Assembly (NCBI GenBank): GCA_963729055.1
Contig: CAVSMQ010000005.1
Span: 89,636 to 129,635, forward strand
Direction of reading: 5' to 3'
DNA: 40,000 bases
From: an uncultured Actinomycetes bacterium
GTDB lineage: Bacteria > Actinomycetota > Thermoleophilia > Solirubrobacterales > 70-9
A model generated the notes under the pieces. It made no database searches and had not been told where the DNA came from. It saw only the letters and a program-made list of their open reading frames with translations. Positions 17,185-25,957 of this stretch are shown one piece after another; within the stretch, counting starts at the first letter, position 1; the number at the start of each line of letters is the position of its first letter. Position numbers and translations under genes: made by a program.

Positions 17185-19622
17185 CTGCGGATCAAGGCCC
17201 TGCCGGACCGTTTCGGTTTCTTGTCCGCGAACAGGGATTCGATCCCCGCGTTCAGCTTCATCATCGGCCGCTCGTCGTCGGGAGCATGGATGACGGTGAG
17301 GTGCTGCTTAGCGCGGGTGATCGCGACGTAGACCTCGCGCTCGCGGTCCGCGGTCGCACTGCGCAGCACCGTTTTGTCTTTGGTCGTGGGATGTTCGTCG
17401 ACGACTTTGTAGGTCGGTGATTCGCCGCTGAAGAGCATCGTCGCCAGCACCGAGCTGGGGTCGACCTCCTTGCCGGTCATTGCGACGTAGACGTGGTCGA
17501 ACTCGAGCCCCTTGGCCTGGTGGTAGGTGAGCAATGAGATCGCGTCCTCGCTGAAGGCCTCGACCTCGAGGTCGTCTAGGCTGCCCGCCTCCACTAACTG
17601 CCCAAAGGCGCCGAGCATCGACCAGTATTGGTCCGGCCAGACGATCTTGCCGTCGTCCCTGCGGCGCGGGACCATCGGGTTCTCAAGCGATTTTTTGCCC
17701 CTGGTCCGGGTGACAGCAATGTTGGCGTCGAGCAGTTGGGCGAAGAGGGCCTGGCGGAAGAGCTCGACGCTGTAGCCGCTTTCACGGAAGGGCGGCATCG
17801 AGAGCAGCCGGGCCACCAGCCCGCCGAGCGACAATTTCAGGCTGCCCTCGGGGCGCGAGACGAGATCATCGCGCATCTGGTCGAGCGTTGTGAGCAGCGG
17901 CCCGAAAGTCGGCCCCGGTACCCCAATGCCGCCGCCGTCCCTTTTGATCGTCCGTTTCTGGATACCGGCGTGGTCGTTGCTGACCCGGAAACGCGGTCGG
18001 GCGCTGACCGCGAAGGCCGCCTTCTCGGTGTCGTGGTTCGTAGCCCAGACGCCGACGTCGCGGCGTTTGCCGGTACTCGGGTTCGCTTTCCCAGCCGGCG
18101 CCATGGTCACCGGGTCGATCAGGTATGAGATCAGACCGAGCAGGTCGTGAACCGGGCTACCGACCGCTGCCGCCGCCTTGTTGCGCGGGTTGAAGACGCG
18201 CAGCCCTCGCGCTGCGAGGGCATTACGTAGGTCGAGGGCAGCGCTATTGCCTTTCTTCGTGCTCGCCTCCTTGGTCGACGCCATCAGGATCGCGACAGAG
18301 GGCGCTGCCTCCTCACCGATCTCGGAGATCCGCCCCGCCCCCAGCGCGTCGATCTCGGCCGCGACGTGCTCGCAGACGGGGATCCACTTGCCTTCGACCA
18401 GACGGACCGGCGCGCCAGCGTCCCTGCTGGGTGGGGCGACCACGGTCTTGTCGAGCGAGTCGCTGGCGAGGACGGTCGCCTCGCGGAAGGCGCGGGCGAA
18501 GTCGACGATCGTGGCGCTACTGCGGTTGTTCACCTCGAGCAGCTCACGGCGGTACGGCAGGCCCGCCTCCGCGCAGTCGGGCTCGAGGTTGTCGAAGCAG
18601 GCGATGTCGGAACCGCGCCACCGGTAGAGAGCCTGGTCGTCGTCGCCGACCGCGGTCAGCTTCACCCCCTGGGACCTCGGCCAGGCGAGGTGGATCGCGT
18701 ACTGAATCGGGTTGGTGTCCTGGAACTCGTCGACGAAGACGTGCTCGAGGCTGCCGTCGAGAGTGTGCTGGCGCTCGAGGAACCTTTGAAGGAGGAGGGC
18801 GAAGTCCATGGTGAAGTTCTCCTCCAACTGCTGTGCCCACTTCTCCTGGATCGTGGTCAGCTTCTCGGTCAGTCCCGACGCGCCCGTCGCGGTCTCGATG
18901 CCGTTCGGTGTGCCGCTCTCGCTGCAGCGAGGGAGCCAGGTCTCGATGTGCTGGTTGATCACCGCCAGCGAGAGGTCGACGCGGTCCAGCCCACCCATGT
19001 AGTTGCTCCACGGCGGCCTGAACAGCGAGATCAGCTGGGGGAGATCGAAGATATCGTCGAGCAGGTTGCTGCCGTTCTCGCGGAACGCGTAAGCCCTGCA
19101 CTGGAGGAAGCGAAGGCGAGTCTCGACCTCGTCGATCACCTCCTTGCCTTCCTCGAGGTGCTCCACGTCGAACTCGGTGAGCAGTTCGTCGCAGAGCGAG
19201 TGGATGGTGCCGATCCGCAGGTCGTGGACCCGTGGGTCGTCGACCGCGATCCCCTTTGCCAAGGCTGCGTCGAGCAGATCGTCGGTGCGCTCGACCATCC
19301 GCACCGAGAGCTCCTGAGCCGCTTTCCTGGTGAAAGTCGTGACCATCACCCGCGTCGGGTCGACGACGCCGACGAGCAACTCGTAGAGGACCCGCCAGAC
19401 GAGCACCTCGGTCTTGCCGGCTCCGGGGCCGGCAACGATCTGGAGGACAAGGTCGTCGTCCTCGACCTTGACGATCTCCTTGTGGGAAGCCTCGAGCGGC
19501 GGGCGCCCCGAGGCACCGAGCGCGTGGTCGGCTAGCTCGAAGAAGACCTCAGGCGCCAACTCCTCGCGGACTTTGGGCGCGAGAGTTCGTACCTGGGACT
19601 GCGGGCCTGCGCCCTCAGCCAT
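17172..19622 (-). CDS. UvrD/Rep-family superfamily 1 helicase
   Basis: 'VAGPGAGKTEVL' (I), 'TTFTRKAAQEL' (Ia), 'VFVDEFQDTNPIQ' (II), 'VGDDDQALYRWRGSD' (III), 'LEVNNRSSATIV' (IV), 'LLTYHQAKGLEFDHVYV' (V), 'VYVAITRAKQHL' (VI). Confidence 0.9.
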   Translation of the reverse strand: MAEGAGPQSQVRTLAPKVREELAPEVFFELADHALGASGRPPLEASHKEIVKVEDDDLVLQIVAGPGAGKTEVLVWRVLYELLVGVVDPTRVMVTTFTRKAAQELSVRMVERTDDLLDAALAKGIAVDDPRVHDLRIGTIHSLCDELLTEFDVEHLEEGKEVIDEVETRLRFLQCRAYAFRENGSNLLDDIFDLPQLISLFRPPWSNYMGGLDRVDLSLAVINQHIETWLPRCSESGTPNGIETATGASGLTEKLTTIQEKWAQQLEENFTMDFALLLQRFLERQHTLDGSLEHVFVDEFQDTNPIQYAIHLAWPRSQGVKLTAVGDDDQALYRWRGSDIACFDNLEPDCAEAGLPYRRELLEVNNRSSATIVDFARAFREATVLASDSLDKTVVAPPSRDAGAPVRLVEGKWIPVCEHVAAEIDALGAGRISEIGEEAAPSVAILMASTKEASTKKGNSAALDLRNALAARGLRVFNPRNKAAAAVGSPVHDLLGLISYLIDPVTMAPAGKANPSTGKRRDVGVWATNHDTEKAAFAVSARPRFRVSNDHAGIQKRTIKRDGGGIGVPGPTFGPLLTTLDQMRDDLVSRPEGSLKLSLGGLVARLLSMPPFRESGYSVELFRQALFAQLLDANIAVTRTRGKKSLENPMVPRRRDDGKIVWPDQYWSMLGAFGQLVEAGSLDDLEVEAFSEDAISLLTYHQAKGLEFDHVYVAMTGKEVDPSSVLATMLFSGESPTYKVVDEHPTTKDKTVLRSATADREREVYVAITRAKQHLTVIHAPDDERPMMKLNAGIESLFADKKPKRSGRALIRRWSA

Positions 19623-19745
19623 CGCTCATCCGCCCCTGCGGCCTGCCCATGTCTCGATCCTTGCAAACTGGCCGGTCCGAAATTAGGAACTCGACCGGTG
19701 AGGTAGGCCTGCCCGATCGAGTCCTGTGACAGCCTGTCGGCGCTA

Positions 19746-20888
19746 CTAAGCGGCCTGCGCGACGCGCTTCCGCCCCCGGGAAGCCTTGTAGAGGGCGAGG
19801 ATGTGGTCCGTCAGCTTCTGGGTTTCGGTCGGGGTGTTCTGCAGCTCGTTCCAGCCCGTGGCGCCGCGGAGGCCGAAGCCCCACTCTCCCCCGGTCCAAG
19901 CACAGGAGTCGGCGATCCTTAAGAGCTCCGCCTTGAATTTGGCCTGCGAGGGGATCTCCTCTTCGCCGAGGCGGAACGCGATCTCGTCCATCAGCGCCCC
20001 CATGCTGGCGATGCCGACGCCATGCACCAGGCGGGAAGTGTGCGCAGTGCCGGCCCAGGCCTCGGGGAACGATTCCTCGACCGCGCCCCAATAGGCCTTC
20101 AGCAACTGCAGCATCGCCTCGGTGTTACCGCTGCCCTGGACCGAGTCGAAGTGGTCGTAGAGGGCGCCGTCCTCGAGGCTCGCCGCCAGCATGTTGAGGA
20201 CGGAGTTGTCCTTGATCACGCCATCGGGGCTGGTCGGGGTTTTGATTCGACGCTGCAGTGGCGAGTCGTCGTCGAAGTTGAGGCGCGCGAGGAGGAGGGC
20301 CGGGTAGCGCCGGCGCAGGAGGGCAACCGGCAGGTCCTCTGCCGGCGTCTCCGGGAGCAGCTCGTGGATTAGCCCCTTGGGCAGCGGCTTGGTCGAGTTG
20401 ACGAGGATGAACTGGGAGCGTTGCTCGTCGACCCGCTCGGCGACGAAGGCGGTGACGAAAACCGGGAAGCCCTCGAGGTCCGCCTCGCGTAGCGCCGCTG
20501 AGCGCTGCTGGCCGTCTACGATCCAACCGGCCTTCTCCTCGTCGGCCTGTTCCTCTTCGACCGGGATCACGATCTCGCCAACCCGCGCTTCCGGCCCCTT
20601 TCGGCGGCGTCGCTTGTCGGCAGGTTTGAATCGAACCCGTTTGTCGAAGGCGACGACGAGCGCGTTCGGGAGGATCGCGTGTGAGGTCTCGAGGTAGCGC
20701 TTGATCGCGCCTATGTGCGCCTGCGCCTCCGAGCGCTGGTAGCCGCCGAGCAAATGTGCGTCGTCACGGTGAATCCGCGAGACGGTGGTAAACGACGACA
20801 GCAGCTTGCCGTCGACCGCGAAGGTGTAGAGCGCGCGCCCACCCTGTTTCATTTCGAGGGCCGCCAACCTGATCTCCGACTTCGCCAC
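19746..20888 (-). CDS. dpdB: DGQHR-domain (DndB/ParB-like) protein, DpdB-type
   Basis: 'GGYQRSEAQAHIGAIKRYL', 'WIVDGQQRSAAL', 'QFILVNSTKPL'. It begins 9 nt after the dpdA-like stop. Confidence 0.8.
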   Translation of the reverse strand: MAKSEIRLAALEMKQGGRALYTFAVDGKLLSSFTTVSRIHRDDAHLLGGYQRSEAQAHIGAIKRYLETSHAILPNALVVAFDKRVRFKPADKRRRRKGPEARVGEIVIPVEEEQADEEKAGWIVDGQQRSAALREADLEGFPVFVTAFVAERVDEQRSQFILVNSTKPLPKGLIHELLPETPAEDLPVALLRRRYPALLLARLNFDDDSPLQRRIKTPTSPDGVIKDNSVLNMLAASLEDGALYDHFDSVQGSGNTEAMLQLLKAYWGAVEESFPEAWAGTAHTSRLVHGVGIASMGALMDEIAFRLGEEEIPSQAKFKAELLRIADSCAWTGGEWGFGLRGATGWNELQNTPTETQKLTDHILALYKASRGRKRVAQAA

Positions 20889-20897
20889 GCCTCGCCC

Positions 20898-22145
20898 CTA
20901 CCCGCCAGCGACCAAGGCCGGCCGCACTCCCGGGATCGCCAGCTCGAGCCGCTGCGCGAAGGCGTGCAAGTTGTGAAAACCACGGCGCTTGTTCCGCTCG
21001 GTGCCCCGAAAGAGGATCACCTCGACGCCTACTTGCAAACACACCTGGCATCCACACTCCTGCCAGGGCGCAGCGGCGAGCGTTTCCCGGTAGTCCTCGC
21101 GCCGATCTTTGCGCGGGTCGTGCAGCTCTTGGTACATACACAATGCGTCGAGCGCCTCCTCCAGCCCCACTGCGCCGCGATCGAAGTCGCGAACCGCGGC
21201 AAGTGCGTCGCGCTCCAGCCGCTGGGCTTCAGTCTGGTCGACTTGACCCGAGCGGACCTTTCTCTGCAGACGGGCGTTGCCGTCGACCTGGGGCACCCGC
21301 AGCGCGACGAAGGCACGCTCGGGGGTCCAGTAGTTGTCGCGCTCGTCTTTGAACGCCTGCCGGAACGGTGAGGTGCTGTCGAAGCTCGAAATCCCGAATT
21401 CGCGGAAACGGGGGATCGCCTTGCACCGCGTGATTCCGAACAGGTGGATCTCAGCGGTGGGGTCACGCACCGCGTCGATCGCCTCGAGCACGGCGAGGAT
21501 CTCTGGAGTCTTCAGCGGCACCAACCCGCCGATCGCCAGCCGCCTATAGCCCATCTCCTGAAGCTCCTTCACCGCCCGCGTGTAGGAGGTGTCGCTCCAA
21601 CCCTGGGCGACGCCGACTGGCTCGAAGCTGCAGCCCGAGTCGCGGTGAAGGGCAAGGAACTCGGCCGCGAGCCGCAGCGTCAACTCGTAGCGTCCGGTCC
21701 AACGCTCATCGACCTCCGCTTCGGGGTCGGCCTCGTAGATCGGGATCACGTGATCGACCGAGACGCCGGCGTCGAACCCGCACTGCTCGTAGAACTCGAT
21801 CACCTCCTCGCTCGAGTACGGCGGCTCGTCCTCTTCGAGATAAGTGAATGCGCCGCAGTCACCAAGCGTCTCGATCCGCCGCCCGCCGGTCTCGTCGAGG
21901 CGGAAAAAGTCACGCACCCCGCCGCGGTAGAAACGGCGGCGTTGCTGGGCGCTATAGCGACCGGTACCGCCGTGGTGGTCGATCATCGTCTTCGAGACGA
22001 GCATCCCGTCGTACGGACAGGGGTCGAGCACCTCGTGGGCGTAGAGATCGTCGCGCTGCCGTATCCGGGTCGGCGAGCGAACCTCCCGGTGAAACTCGAA
22101 GCTCGGGTCGACCTGGTCCTGGCTGTCGGGGAAGAAGAACTTCAT
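20898..22145 (-). CDS. dpdA: DNA-type guanine transglycosylase-like protein (TGT fold), DpdA/TgtA5-type
   Basis: 'LGDCGAFTY', 'GVSVDHVIP', 'VGVAQGW', 'LAIGGLVP', 'IHLFGITR', 'SSFDSTSP', Zn motif 'CGCQVC...HNLH'. Start set at MKFFFPDSQ. The 200-aa R-rich upstream extension in the ORF track is rejected. Confidence 0.85.
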   Translation of the reverse strand: MKFFFPDSQDQVDPSFEFHREVRSPTRIRQRDDLYAHEVLDPCPYDGMLVSKTMIDHHGGTGRYSAQQRRRFYRGGVRDFFRLDETGGRRIETLGDCGAFTYLEEDEPPYSSEEVIEFYEQCGFDAGVSVDHVIPIYEADPEAEVDERWTGRYELTLRLAAEFLALHRDSGCSFEPVGVAQGWSDTSYTRAVKELQEMGYRRLAIGGLVPLKTPEILAVLEAIDAVRDPTAEIHLFGITRCKAIPRFREFGISSFDSTSPFRQAFKDERDNYWTPERAFVALRVPQVDGNARLQRKVRSGQVDQTEAQRLERDALAAVRDFDRGAVGLEEALDALCMYQELHDPRKDRREDYRETLAAAPWQECGCQVCLQVGVEVILFRGTERNKRRGFHNLHAFAQRLELAIPGVRPALVAGG

Positions 22146-22801
22146 GCCGCGACGAGATCCGCCCCGGAGCGAACTGGTTCGAGCATCGCGAGGACGTCCA
22201 CGTCGGGGTCCGCGAGGCGGTCCACCACTTCCGGCTCGCGCGCGATCAGCCCGAGTAGCCGGCCCGCGAGCTCGCCCTTGAGGCCGACGACGCCGCATGA
22301 GAACCGCCGCGTCTCCTCCCTGCCGGCAGGAACGACCCGCAGTGACAAATGCTCTCGCCGCCGAATCAGCCAGCGGCCGCCGAACGCGATCGTCGGGCCG
22401 CCGAGCACCGTCGCCGGGCCGATCCCCGCCGCCCTCATGTAGGCCTCGCCGAGCAGCAAGAGGGTCAGCGCGTGGTCGCGACGCAGAAGGCGCTGCAGCG
22501 ATGCTCGCACCCGCAACTGCTCGGCAATCGCATCGATCGCGGGCCCTCCCAGGCCGGCAAACGAGGCGTCGTATGCCGCCACCCGCCGCGACGCCGCCAG
22601 CACCCCGTGCCGGGCCGAGAGGATTCGCAGGTCGAGGTCGAAGTCCGAGGACTCTTCGCGGAAGGCGCATACCCCGCGCATCAGCCGCTTGTGCTGCTCG
22701 CCGATATATAGGCGCTCCGCAGCGAGGGAACCCGACGAGGCGGCCGGGTCCTTCTTGGCGGTGCAAGAGGTGAGAACGAGGATCGTCCGCGAGCTATCCA
22801 T
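22142..22801 (-). CDS. 219-aa protein of unknown function in the position of dpdC
   Basis: Starts 'MDSSRTILVLTSCTAKK'. ATGA overlap with dpdA and an 8-nt overlap with the folE2 stop. No family assigned with confidence. Confidence 0.6.
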   Translation of the reverse strand: MDSSRTILVLTSCTAKKDPAASSGSLAAERLYIGEQHKRLMRGVCAFREESSDFDLDLRILSARHGVLAASRRVAAYDASFAGLGGPAIDAIAEQLRVRASLQRLLRRDHALTLLLLGEAYMRAAGIGPATVLGGPTIAFGGRWLIRRREHLSLRVVPAGREETRRFSCGVVGLKGELAGRLLGLIAREPEVVDRLADPDVDVLAMLEPVRSGADLVAA

Positions 22802-23601
22802 CGGGCCGCTCCCAGCGCAGGCGCGCGACCGCCTCGTGGGCGTGGATGCTCTCCTGGTTCGAGACCGCGACCGAGATGCCCATAACGCGCTGGTCGACAC
22901 GCAGCGCGACCAGGACCTCGCGCGCGAGGTCCTCGACGAAGGCCGGGTTGTCGTAGGCCTGCATCGTCACCACCCGCTCGTCGGTGCGCTTCAGCAGGGC
23001 CAGGATCGGGGCCGAGCCCGCCTCCTCCGCGACCTCAATCAGGTCCTCGAACCAGAGATCGGCACCGCGGGCCCGAATCTCGATGTAGGCCTCGTTGGTT
23101 GTGGGCGCCGTAGTCGCTGATCTCCTTGCTGCAGGGACAGAGGCTGGTGACCGGGACGCGGACCCCGACCTCGAGCCCGAAGGGGGCGCCAGCGATCGCC
23201 GTCCCCACCAGCCGGCAGTCGTAGCGATTCATCGACGCGGCCCCGCTTGCGGGGGCCTCGCGGCGGAGGAAGTAGGGGAAGCTCAGCTCAACCAGGGCAC
23301 GCTCAGATTCGAGGCGCTCGCGGACCTCCTCGGTCAGGCGGGCGAAGCCGCCCGGCGAGACCTCCCCCGCGCGCTGGTCAAGCGCTTCGACGAAGCGACT
23401 CATGTGCACTCCGCGTTGCTCCGGTGCGAGCGCGACGGTCATCGCCGCCTCGGCGACGGTGCGCTGGACGCAGCCGTCGCGCCCGACCACCTCGACCGGG
23501 TAGGAGAGACCGCCGATCCCGACCTCGTCAATCGGGACCCCGCGCGCGTCGGGACCACTCTGCACGTCCGGGATCGGAAGCGCGACCTCCTGCACACTCA
23601 C
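22794..23601 (-). pseudogene. folE2: GTP cyclohydrolase IB (FolE2/MptA type) with one apparent 1-nt frameshift near 23089-23094
   Basis: 'PDVQ', 'GVHMSRF', 'TSLCPCSKEISDYGAHNQR', then in the next frame 'AYIEIRARGADLWFEDLIEVAEEAGSAPILALLKRTDE...NQESIHAHEAVARL'. Length 808 nt (3n+1). GTGA overlap with queD. May be a sequencing error. Confidence 0.75.
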
Positions 23602-24035
23602 CCGGCCCGACCTCCGCGGTAAGAGCAACCGGAGGTACAGGTCTCGCGGACGAGAACCTCCTTCAAGCCGGGAAGCGTCGGGTCGAGCCGGTCCCAGATC
23701 CACTTCGCCAGGTTCTCGCTCGTCGGGTTCTCGAGCCCGGGCACGTCGTTCAGGTAATAGTGGTCGAGTTCGGCGTGGAGCGGCTTGAACGCGGCGCTCA
23801 GCTCGGCGAAATCGACGACCCAACCGGTCGATTCACCCACCTCCCCACCGACCCGGATCTCAACCCGGTACGAGTGTCCATGGAGCCGGGCGCACTTGTG
23901 ACCCTCAGGCACGTTCGGCAGCAGGTGGGCCGCCTCGAAAGTGAACTCCTTGAAGATCTCGGCCTTGGTGACTCGCTGCTTCGCCCCGGCCTCCTGCCCG
24001 TTGCCCCTGGCATCGATGATCGCCACCTCGCTCAT
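23598..24035 (-). CDS. queD: 6-carboxy-5,6,7,8-tetrahydropterin synthase
   Basis: '[10 protein letters not shown]', '[13 protein letters not shown]', 'LDHYYLND', 'ENLAKWIW'. ATGA overlap with queE. Confidence 0.9.
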   Translation of the reverse strand: MSEVAIIDARGNGQEAGAKQRVTKAEIFKEFTFEAAHLLPNVPEGHKCARLHGHSYRVEIRVGGEVGESTGWVVDFAELSAAFKPLHAELDHYYLNDVPGLENPTSENLAKWIWDRLDPTLPGLKEVLVRETCTSGCSYRGGRAG

Positions 24036-24784
24036 ACGCCGCGTTCCTCTCCCCAAGCGATCACGTGCAACTGCGGCAGGACTCTGGCGCGCGCCAAATC
24101 CGGGTCGGCCGCGACTCTCTCGCAGAGCTGGCGGAAACTCGCTCCCACCGCCGCGGGCAGATCAGCCGGCGCCGGGACGGGGGTCCCTGCCGAGAGGTGC
24201 AGATCGGGCTGCGGCCAGCGGCCAGCGACCGCCTTTGCCCATGCGAGGTCCTCGGCGTCGAAGCAGACGATCTTCAACACCGTCCGTTCCCATGCCGTGG
24301 TTTCGGCAGCACGGTGCATGAACTTGTCGAATTGGGCCTCGTGCGCCTCCCCGGCCATCCTCGAGGAGGGCGGCTTCGGCGAGACCGTCAGTCGGTCAAC
24401 GCGACAGAGCCACTCCTTCCACAGCGAGCCCTGCGTCTCGACCGCGACCGCGAGCCCGTCGGCGTGGAGTTGGTCGACCAGCGCGTCCAGTTCGTGCAGG
24501 GCTGGGTTGCCGCCGCTGATCACCACCCACTGCGCGCCGCCGCCGAGCGCCGCCACCCGCGCGGCGATCTGCCCCGCGTCGAGGTGCTCGGCTTCTCGGC
24601 GAACCTCGGCGGGGTCGACTGCGTACATCGTGTCGCACCACGAGCAACGGTAGTCACAGCCGCCGAAACGGATGAAGTAACACGAGCGGCCCGCCTCGGC
24701 ACCCTCACCCTGAATGGTAGGACCGAAGATCTCGACCACGGGGAACGTCTTCGTGGCCCGAGCTTTTTCAGCGACAGTGGCCAC
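24032..24784 (-). CDS. queE: 7-carboxy-7-deazaguanine synthase (radical SAM)
   Basis: '[36 protein letters not shown]', 'VVISGGNP'. Confidence 0.9.
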   Translation of the reverse strand: MATVAEKARATKTFPVVEIFGPTIQGEGAEAGRSCYFIRFGGCDYRCSWCDTMYAVDPAEVRREAEHLDAGQIAARVAALGGGAQWVVISGGNPALHELDALVDQLHADGLAVAVETQGSLWKEWLCRVDRLTVSPKPPSSRMAGEAHEAQFDKFMHRAAETTAWERTVLKIVCFDAEDLAWAKAVAGRWPQPDLHLSAGTPVPAPADLPAAVGASFRQLCERVAADPDLARARVLPQLHVIAWGEERGV

Positions 24785-24790
24785 GATTTC

Positions 24791-25498
24791 TCAGGCTCCC
24801 GCTTGCGCTTGGTAGGGAGCGGGGTCGACGAGGCCATTCTCGGCGAATCCCTTCAGGCGCAAATGGCAGGAGTCACATTCACCACACGCCTCGCCCTCCG
24901 GCGTCGGGTCGTAGCAGCTGCGGGTCAACCCGTAGTCGACCCCCAGCGCGATGCCCTTGGTGATGATCTCGGCCTTGGTCAGGTCGATCAGCGGCGTGTG
25001 GATCGTGAGGCGCTTCCCTTCTACACCGCGTTTCGTCGCCAGGTTGGCCATCGCCTCGTAGGCGGCCACATACTCAGGGCGGCAGTCGGGGTAGCCGCTG
25101 TAATCGAGCGAGTTGACACCGATGAAGATGTGGTCGGCCTCGAGCACCTCGGCCCAGGCAAGGGCGAAGGAGAGGAAGACCGTGTTCCTGGCGGGAACGT
25201 AGGTGACCGGAATTCCCTCCGACATCTGGTCGATGTCACGCGCCTTCGGCACCTCGATGTCGTCGGTCAGAGCCGATCCGCCGATCCGGCGGAGGTCGAT
25301 CTCGATCTCGACATGATTGGTGACGCCGGCCGCGGCGATCACCCGCTTCGCCGCCTCGAGCTCGACACCGTGGCGCTGGCCATACCGGAACGTCATCGCG
25401 CCGGCCTCGAATCCTTCCTCAGCCGCGATCGCCAAAGCCGTCGCGGAGTCGAGCCCGCCGCTGACCAGGACCACCGCCTTCTGCGAACCGGCCGTCAC
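24791..25498 (-). CDS. queC: 7-cyano-7-deazaguanine (preQ0) synthase
   Basis: '[13 protein letters not shown]', 'YGQRH', '[12 protein letters not shown]', 'SCYD...[10 protein letters not shown]'. Confidence 0.95.
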   Translation of the reverse strand: MTAGSQKAVVLVSGGLDSATALAIAAEEGFEAGAMTFRYGQRHGVELEAAKRVIAAAGVTNHVEIEIDLRRIGGSALTDDIEVPKARDIDQMSEGIPVTYVPARNTVFLSFALAWAEVLEADHIFIGVNSLDYSGYPDCRPEYVAAYEAMANLATKRGVEGKRLTIHTPLIDLTKAEIITKGIALGVDYGLTRSCYDPTPEGEACGECDSCHLRLKGFAENGLVDPAPYQAQAGA

Positions 25499-25734
25499 GT
25501 CGCCTCCGCCTCGGCTTGTGGGACTGCCTCCGGCGTTGACCGACGACTGGCCTCGATGAACTGGCGAACCTCGTTGGGCTCGAACAGGGTGCGGCCCCCG
25601 ACCTTGACTCCGACCAGGTCGCCGGCCCGGCAGAGGCGATAGATGCCGCTCTCGGAGATCCCGAGGTACTCGGCCACCTTCTTTACCGAGAGGAGCGGCT
25701 CCAGGTCGTTCAGGGAGCTTTCAATTGCTGTCAT
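25495..25734 (-). CDS. excisionase-family (MerR-like) helix-turn-helix DNA-binding protein, first gene of the operon
   Basis: '[48 protein letters not shown]'. 4-nt overlap with the queC start. Confidence 0.8.
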   Translation of the reverse strand: MTAIESSLNDLEPLLSVKKVAEYLGISESGIYRLCRAGDLVGVKVGGRTLFEPNEVRQFIEASRRSTPEAVPQAEAEAT

Positions 25735-25765
25735 CGGCGCCCAAGCTAGGCCGCCGATCGGACGC

Positions 25766-25796
25766 GAGGCAGGGCCGACGCTGAGGCAGGGCCGAC
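25766..25796. promoter_or_regulatory. two perfect 14-bp direct repeats (GAGGCAGGGCCGAC, 17-bp period) upstream of the HTH-queC operon; candidate operator
   Basis: Copies at 25766-25779 and 25783-25796, 32-62 bp upstream of the 25734 start, in the divergent intergenic region. Confidence 0.35.
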
Positions 25797-25957
25797 CCTG
25801 CGGCCAGACGAGGATGAAAGAACTTCCCTGCTAACGGGGATAACCAGGCGCCGGAGCCAGGTAGGCGCTACTGCGCTGGAAGGAGCCAGACCCGCTGCTC
25901 GGCGCCCCGACTACGAAACCATTCGACGGTAACAGCGACGGCGTTTAGGTTGGCGCG

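Noticed and set aside
18366-19535. 389-aa ORF on the plus strand (similar long ORFs at 16318..17331, 21444..22442 and 10405..11517)
   Set aside because: All lie antisense to, or in an alternative frame of, strongly supported genes (helicase, nuclease, dpdA, phoD), and all have shadow-ORF composition.
22146-22766. N-terminal 207-aa extension of the dpdA-like ORF in the track (20898..22766)
   Set aside because: The extension is R/A/G-rich and overlaps the 219-aa gene in another frame. The conserved TGT-like sequence starts at MKFFFPDSQ, with an ATGA overlap typical of this operon.
24065-25642. 525-aa ORF on the plus strand
   Set aside because: It lies antisense to queE and queC, both of which have unambiguous signatures. 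Its sequence is R/L/D-rich shadow.
25735-25957. preQ1 riboswitch upstream of the que genes
   Set aside because: Neither strand of the leader shows the short hairpin plus A-rich tail of preQ1-I/II elements. The first gene is an HTH protein rather than a que gene.
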